From assembly GCA_903856085.1 (NCBI GenBank), contig CAIOAT010000013.1:295430-359429 (forward strand): a DNA stretch of 64,000 nucleotides, read 5' to 3'. This document shows positions 60,981 through 64,000 of the stretch, in pieces. Under the pieces are notes generated by a model, which worked only from the letters and a program-made list of their open reading frames with translations, made no database searches and had not been told where the DNA came from. This stretch comes from Candidatus Omnitrophota bacterium (GTDB lineage: Bacteria > Omnitrophota > Omnitrophia > Omnitrophales > Aquincolibacteriaceae). The stretch's first letter is position 1, and the number at the start of each line of letters is the position of its first letter. Made by a program: the position numbers and the translations under genes.

Positions 60981-61750
60981 TCCGCCAACACCAAAGAAAC
61001 GGGCGCGTGGTCCGATCCTACCACATCGCTTAAAATCGTAGCGCTCTTCACGCGCGGCACAAGATCTTCTGTCACAAAATGATAATCAATACGCCACCCG
61101 ACATTCCGATCCCGCGCACTGGTCTTCATATCCCACCAGCTATAATGGCCTGGCTCTTTATGAAACTCCCGAAAGATATCTACTTGTCCGTCGGCAACCC
61201 ACTTATCAAGCCACGCGCGTTCGATGGGCAGAAAGCCAGAGGTCTCTTCGTTCTCTTTGGGCCGCGCAAGATCGATCTCCCTATGCGCCGTGTTGTAATC
61301 GCCGGAAATAATGACTTTTTTGCCTTCCTTTTTCAACGCCTGTACACACTTCAAGGTCGCATCATAGAAATCCATTTTAAACTTAAGCCGCTCGTCGCTT
61401 GCCTTGCCGTTTGGAAAATAGATATTGAGAAATGTGAATTCGGGATATTCGGCGATAAGAACACGCCCTTCCTCGTCGAATTTCTTGATTCCAAATCCAC
61501 GCTTCACGTTCAAAGGCTTTTCTTTTGTGAAAATCGCGACACCACTGTAGCCCTTTTTGACCGCGGACCAGGCCCAGTGAGTTTCATAACCGGCGGGATG
61601 CATCAAAAACGCGTCAAGCTGATCAGGGTGGGCCTTGGTCTCCTGAACGCCGAGAATGTCCGGCTTCTCCCTCTCGAGCCATTCTAGAAAACCTTTTTTT
61701 TGAACTGCCCGGATACCGTTGACATTCCAGGAGAGAATTTTAATGGGCAT
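60977..61750 (-). CDS. xth: Exodeoxyribonuclease III
   Basis: ILSWNVNGIRA N-terminus, GDYN and SDHAPV catalytic blocks of the EEP/Xth family. Confidence 0.9.
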   Translation of the reverse strand: MPIKILSWNVNGIRAVQKKGFLEWLEREKPDILGVQETKAHPDQLDAFLMHPAGYETHWAWSAVKKGYSGVAIFTKEKPLNVKRGFGIKKFDEEGRVLIAEYPEFTFLNIYFPNGKASDERLKFKMDFYDATLKCVQALKKEGKKVIISGDYNTAHREIDLARPKENEETSGFLPIERAWLDKWVADGQVDIFREFHKEPGHYSWWDMKTSARDRNVGWRIDYHFVTEDLVPRVKSATILSDVVGSDHAPVSLVLAD

Positions 61751-61761
61751 GTGCTGGCAAT

Positions 61762-62154
61762 CTATTTGCTGAGAATGTCTTGCGCTCGTTCAGGCTGGTC
61801 GGTGCGGATCACGAGACACCCGCAGTCTTGGTTTGGCGTAGCGGTGCAATAGGCATAAGCGATATTAATATCCGCTTCGGCGAGAGATTGGCAGATGCGC
61901 GCCAGGGTTCCGGCTTTGTTATCGATCTCGACGACGAGGACATCTTGCTCCATCACGTAAAGCTCTTCTTGTTCAAGAAGAAGTGTCGCTTTAGTGGGAT
62001 GGTCGACGATGAACCGAACAACGGCATTATCGACGGTGTCATGAACCGCCATCGCAAGAATATTGACCCCGGCTTCGGAAAGAATGGCGCATGTGCGCGC
62101 CATAATGCCGGGACGATTCGGAAGGAATACGGAAAGTTGTTTTTGTATGGGCAT
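61762..62154 (-). CDS. Tandem ACT-domain protein
   Basis: Two ~60-aa beta-alpha-beta-beta-alpha-beta units (LSVFLPNRPGIMARTCAIL… and LVVEIDNKAGTLARICQSL…). Confidence 0.6.
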   Translation of the reverse strand: MPIQKQLSVFLPNRPGIMARTCAILSEAGVNILAMAVHDTVDNAVVRFIVDHPTKATLLLEQEELYVMEQDVLVVEIDNKAGTLARICQSLAEADINIAYAYCTATPNQDCGCLVIRTDQPERAQDILSK

Positions 62155-62297
62155 AACAGCAACATCCTAACATTAGGGCATGGTCTCGAAACGATTTCCA
62201 GCACATTCAGTTTAACAATTTTCGCCGCGCTAAGCGACTGTTTTTTCTCGAGCTCTAAACTCTACTCCAAAACGGAGATGCCGTTTAAATAACCACC

Positions 62298-62669
62298 TCA
62301 TACAATATTTCGACGAATCAATGCGAGCAATTTTTCGCGCTCATAAGGCTTTGCGATAAAAAAATTACCGCCAATGTTATTCTTCGTCGCTTTCTCCTCG
62401 TCCTTGGAAATAATGCCTGTGAGAAATATGATCGGAATATATTTTGTCAAAGGGCTCTTCTTAAGCTCTTGTGCGGTTTCTCCCCCATCCAAACCCGGCA
62501 TCGTAATATCAAGCAGGATAAGGTCGGGTTGCTCCGTCTTTGCCGTCGCAATGGCCTCGCTGCCATTTTCCGCTTTCAACACCCGATAACCCGCGTCGGT
62601 CAAGTGCTGTGCGAGAAGCTTGAGTGTCACAGGATCATCGTCCACTGTGAGAATTTTTTTCTTAGTCAC
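62298..62669 (-). CDS. Single-domain response regulator (CheY-like receiver)
   Basis: ILTVDDD…DLILLDITMPGLDG…K: phospho-acceptor Asp and conserved Lys present. Confidence 0.8.
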   Translation of the reverse strand: MTKKKILTVDDDPVTLKLLAQHLTDAGYRVLKAENGSEAIATAKTEQPDLILLDITMPGLDGGETAQELKKSPLTKYIPIIFLTGIISKDEEKATKNNIGGNFFIAKPYEREKLLALIRRNIV

Positions 62670-62688
62670 GACTGACTCCTTTGCTGGG

Positions 62689-63465
62689 TTAAAAAGCCGC
62701 CGCTCTCATCGCCTTAACAAGTTCGGCCGGATCGTCATAACCGACAAGCTTTACGCCTGCTTTTTCGCATATTTTTTCTGCGACCGTCTGATCGATCGTG
62801 CTCTTATAAGGCGTGTATAAAACGACTGGAATATCCGCGGTCCGGGGAATCTGTTTCAACTTTGCGGCCAAAAGGTCCCCCGAAAGATCCGGTAGCCCTA
62901 ATTTCATCAGGATCATCTCCGGCAGATCGGCCATGATCTTATCGACGGCCTCCATGCCGCTTCGCGCCGCGGTAACATTGTACCCAGCATTGATGAACGA
63001 CATAACGATCCTGTTGAGATCATCTTGATCATCCTCGACAACCAAAAGCTTTTTAGGACTTTCCTTGGGCTTGGATTCTTTAGCCCATTCCGTTCGATAT
63101 CTTTTCGCAATGATAATGTCAACTTCCGAGAGGGCTTTTTTGATATCGAACGGCTTTGTAATAAAACCATCCACGTTCAGGTCCCTAAACAGCGAACCCA
63201 TTTCTTCGCGGGTCGTCAGAACTAGAACCGGAAACAGCGAACGTCCCGTCCCCGCGATCAAATCCCTGTAAACGTCCAGACCGCTCACCTTCGGCATATT
63301 GATATCGAGAATAATCAGGTCGGGCCGTTTCTCGCGGATTAATTTCAACCCTTCCGCTCCGTCCGCGGCTTCCAGCACATTATATTTTTTGATCTCGAGG
63401 TGGAGCCGTAAGAGCTTCCGCACGTCGATAGCATCATCGATCACCAAAATCGTTCTTTTATCCAT
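62689..63465 (-). CDS. Response regulator with two tandem receiver domains
   Basis: ILVIDDAIDV…DLIILDINMPKVSG and LLVVEDDQDD… second REC. ATG at 63463-63465 after AAAGGAGAG. Confidence 0.75.
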   Translation of the reverse strand: MDKRTILVIDDAIDVRKLLRLHLEIKKYNVLEAADGAEGLKLIREKRPDLIILDINMPKVSGLDVYRDLIAGTGRSLFPVLVLTTREEMGSLFRDLNVDGFITKPFDIKKALSEVDIIIAKRYRTEWAKESKPKESPKKLLVVEDDQDDLNRIVMSFINAGYNVTAARSGMEAVDKIMADLPEMILMKLGLPDLSGDLLAAKLKQIPRTADIPVVLYTPYKSTIDQTVAEKICEKAGVKLVGYDDPAELVKAMRAAAF

Positions 63466-63476
63466 GTTCTCTCCTT

Positions 63477-63797
63477 TCAAATAAGCTTTTTCAGCTCCTC
63501 AAACCCGCGCTTAAAGCTCTCCACATGCATCTTGATCATTTTAAGGTCTTTGCCTTCTTTCGCACCGGACTCTATTTCTTTCGCAATCGCGTAAAGCTCT
63601 CCAATCCTCAAGTTTCCGGTAGAGCCCTTTATAAAATGTCCTCTTTCCATGATTTGTTGAAAATCCTTTGCTTCAACTGCGGCCTGCAATTGCGGCAACA
63701 CAGTCTCGGCCTGGCTAGTAAAATCCTGCAAAAGTTCATTATACATGTCTTCCGAAATGCCAAGTTCTTCCGCTATCTTTTTTTTGTCTAGCTTCAT
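63477..63797 (-). CDS. Hpt (histidine phosphotransfer) domain protein
   Basis: HFIKGSTGNLRIGEL matches the HxxKG Hpt active-site motif. Start taken at the ATG 63795-63797; a longer GTG-start version would overlap the upstream gene end. Confidence 0.65.
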   Translation of the reverse strand: MKLDKKKIAEELGISEDMYNELLQDFTSQAETVLPQLQAAVEAKDFQQIMERGHFIKGSTGNLRIGELYAIAKEIESGAKEGKDLKMIKMHVESFKRGFEELKKLI

Positions 63798-63817
63798 GTC
63801 CCCTCTTTTCTCTGACG

Positions 63818-64000
63818 TTACGATGTAGGACGGCCTGCCCACTCGAGGATCTTCTCTCTCAGCCGGGTCAATTCCACGGGCTTCGTTATAAAATCGTTCA
63901 TACCAGAAGCCAGGCTCTTTTGTTCGTCCTCTTTCAGAACTGCGGCTGTCAAAGCGAGGATGGGAAGCGTCTTGCTGATCTGGCTTCGAATGATCGCCGT
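63818..64000 (-). CDS. C-terminal receiver domain of a (hybrid) sensor kinase or response regulator, truncated by the window end
   Basis: Reverse translation gives …SKTLPILALTAAVLKEDEQKSLASGMNDFITKPVELTRLREKILEW…*, the C-terminal half of a REC domain (conserved T and K-P). Confidence 0.55.
   Translation of the reverse strand, partial: TAIIRSQISKTLPILALTAAVLKEDEQKSLASGMNDFITKPVELTRLREKILEWAGRPTS

Noticed and set aside
1-64000. CRISPR arrays, rRNA/tRNA genes, IS elements, integrases
   Set aside because: No regularly spaced direct repeats with unique spacers, no tRNA-like cloverleaf candidates in intergenic regions, and no transposase or integrase-like ORFs found on either strand.

Overview
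This 64 kb bacterial window, about 50-55% GC by eye, is mostly ordinary chromosome, but it contains a giant 18.7 kb gene encoding a 6228-aa multi-enzyme protein. Positions 1-9.9 kb carry a polysaccharide/surface-glycan block: tandem SGNH-like membrane-protein paralogs with one decayed fragment, a divergent HU-like protein, a fused GT4-GT4 glycosyltransferase, a fused GT2-GT2 glycosyltransferase, and a CHASE2-GGDEF diguanylate cyclase. Positions 10-38 kb hold housekeeping and stress genes: an ICMT-family methyltransferase, homospermidine synthase, a cupin, Fe-alcohol dehydrogenase, an LpxL-family acyltransferase, RlmD/RumA, a flavoprotein, YgiQ radical SAM, a peroxiredoxin-SodB pair, TPR and MBL-fold proteins, folA-thyA, a DUF4340 plus GldG-like ABC transporter, BI-1, ArsC/Spx-like, Nudix, GGT, a split transketolase, an M24 peptidase, a PIG-L deacetylase, GIY-YIG, and an MqnA/D-like enzyme. 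The centrepiece is the giant minus-strand ORF at 38739-57425. It has an N-terminal signal peptide and a TraB/GumN-like domain that is paralogous to the divergently transcribed secreted 733-aa neighbour. Behind these lie two copies of a ~325-aa unknown module and a string of cytoplasmic-type carbohydrate enzymes: GT5 glycogen synthase, GT35 alpha-glucan phosphorylase, UDP-glucose 6-dehydrogenase, and a Cys-less UGDH-like domain. A 2H phosphoesterase and a cupin follow. Eleven copies of a short R-S-E-[VAIML]-R motif sit 5-10 residues upstream of module boundaries, which suggests a processed polyprotein or a scaffold with recurrent docking sites. The window ends with SRPBCC, DUF1648, xth, an ACT protein, and a His-Asp phosphorelay cluster (REC, REC-REC, Hpt, partial hybrid-kinase REC). 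Two short nucleotide repeat families recur at gene boundaries: GTACNCC heptamer tandems and CGGGGAACG. No rRNA, tRNA, CRISPR array or transposase was detected.
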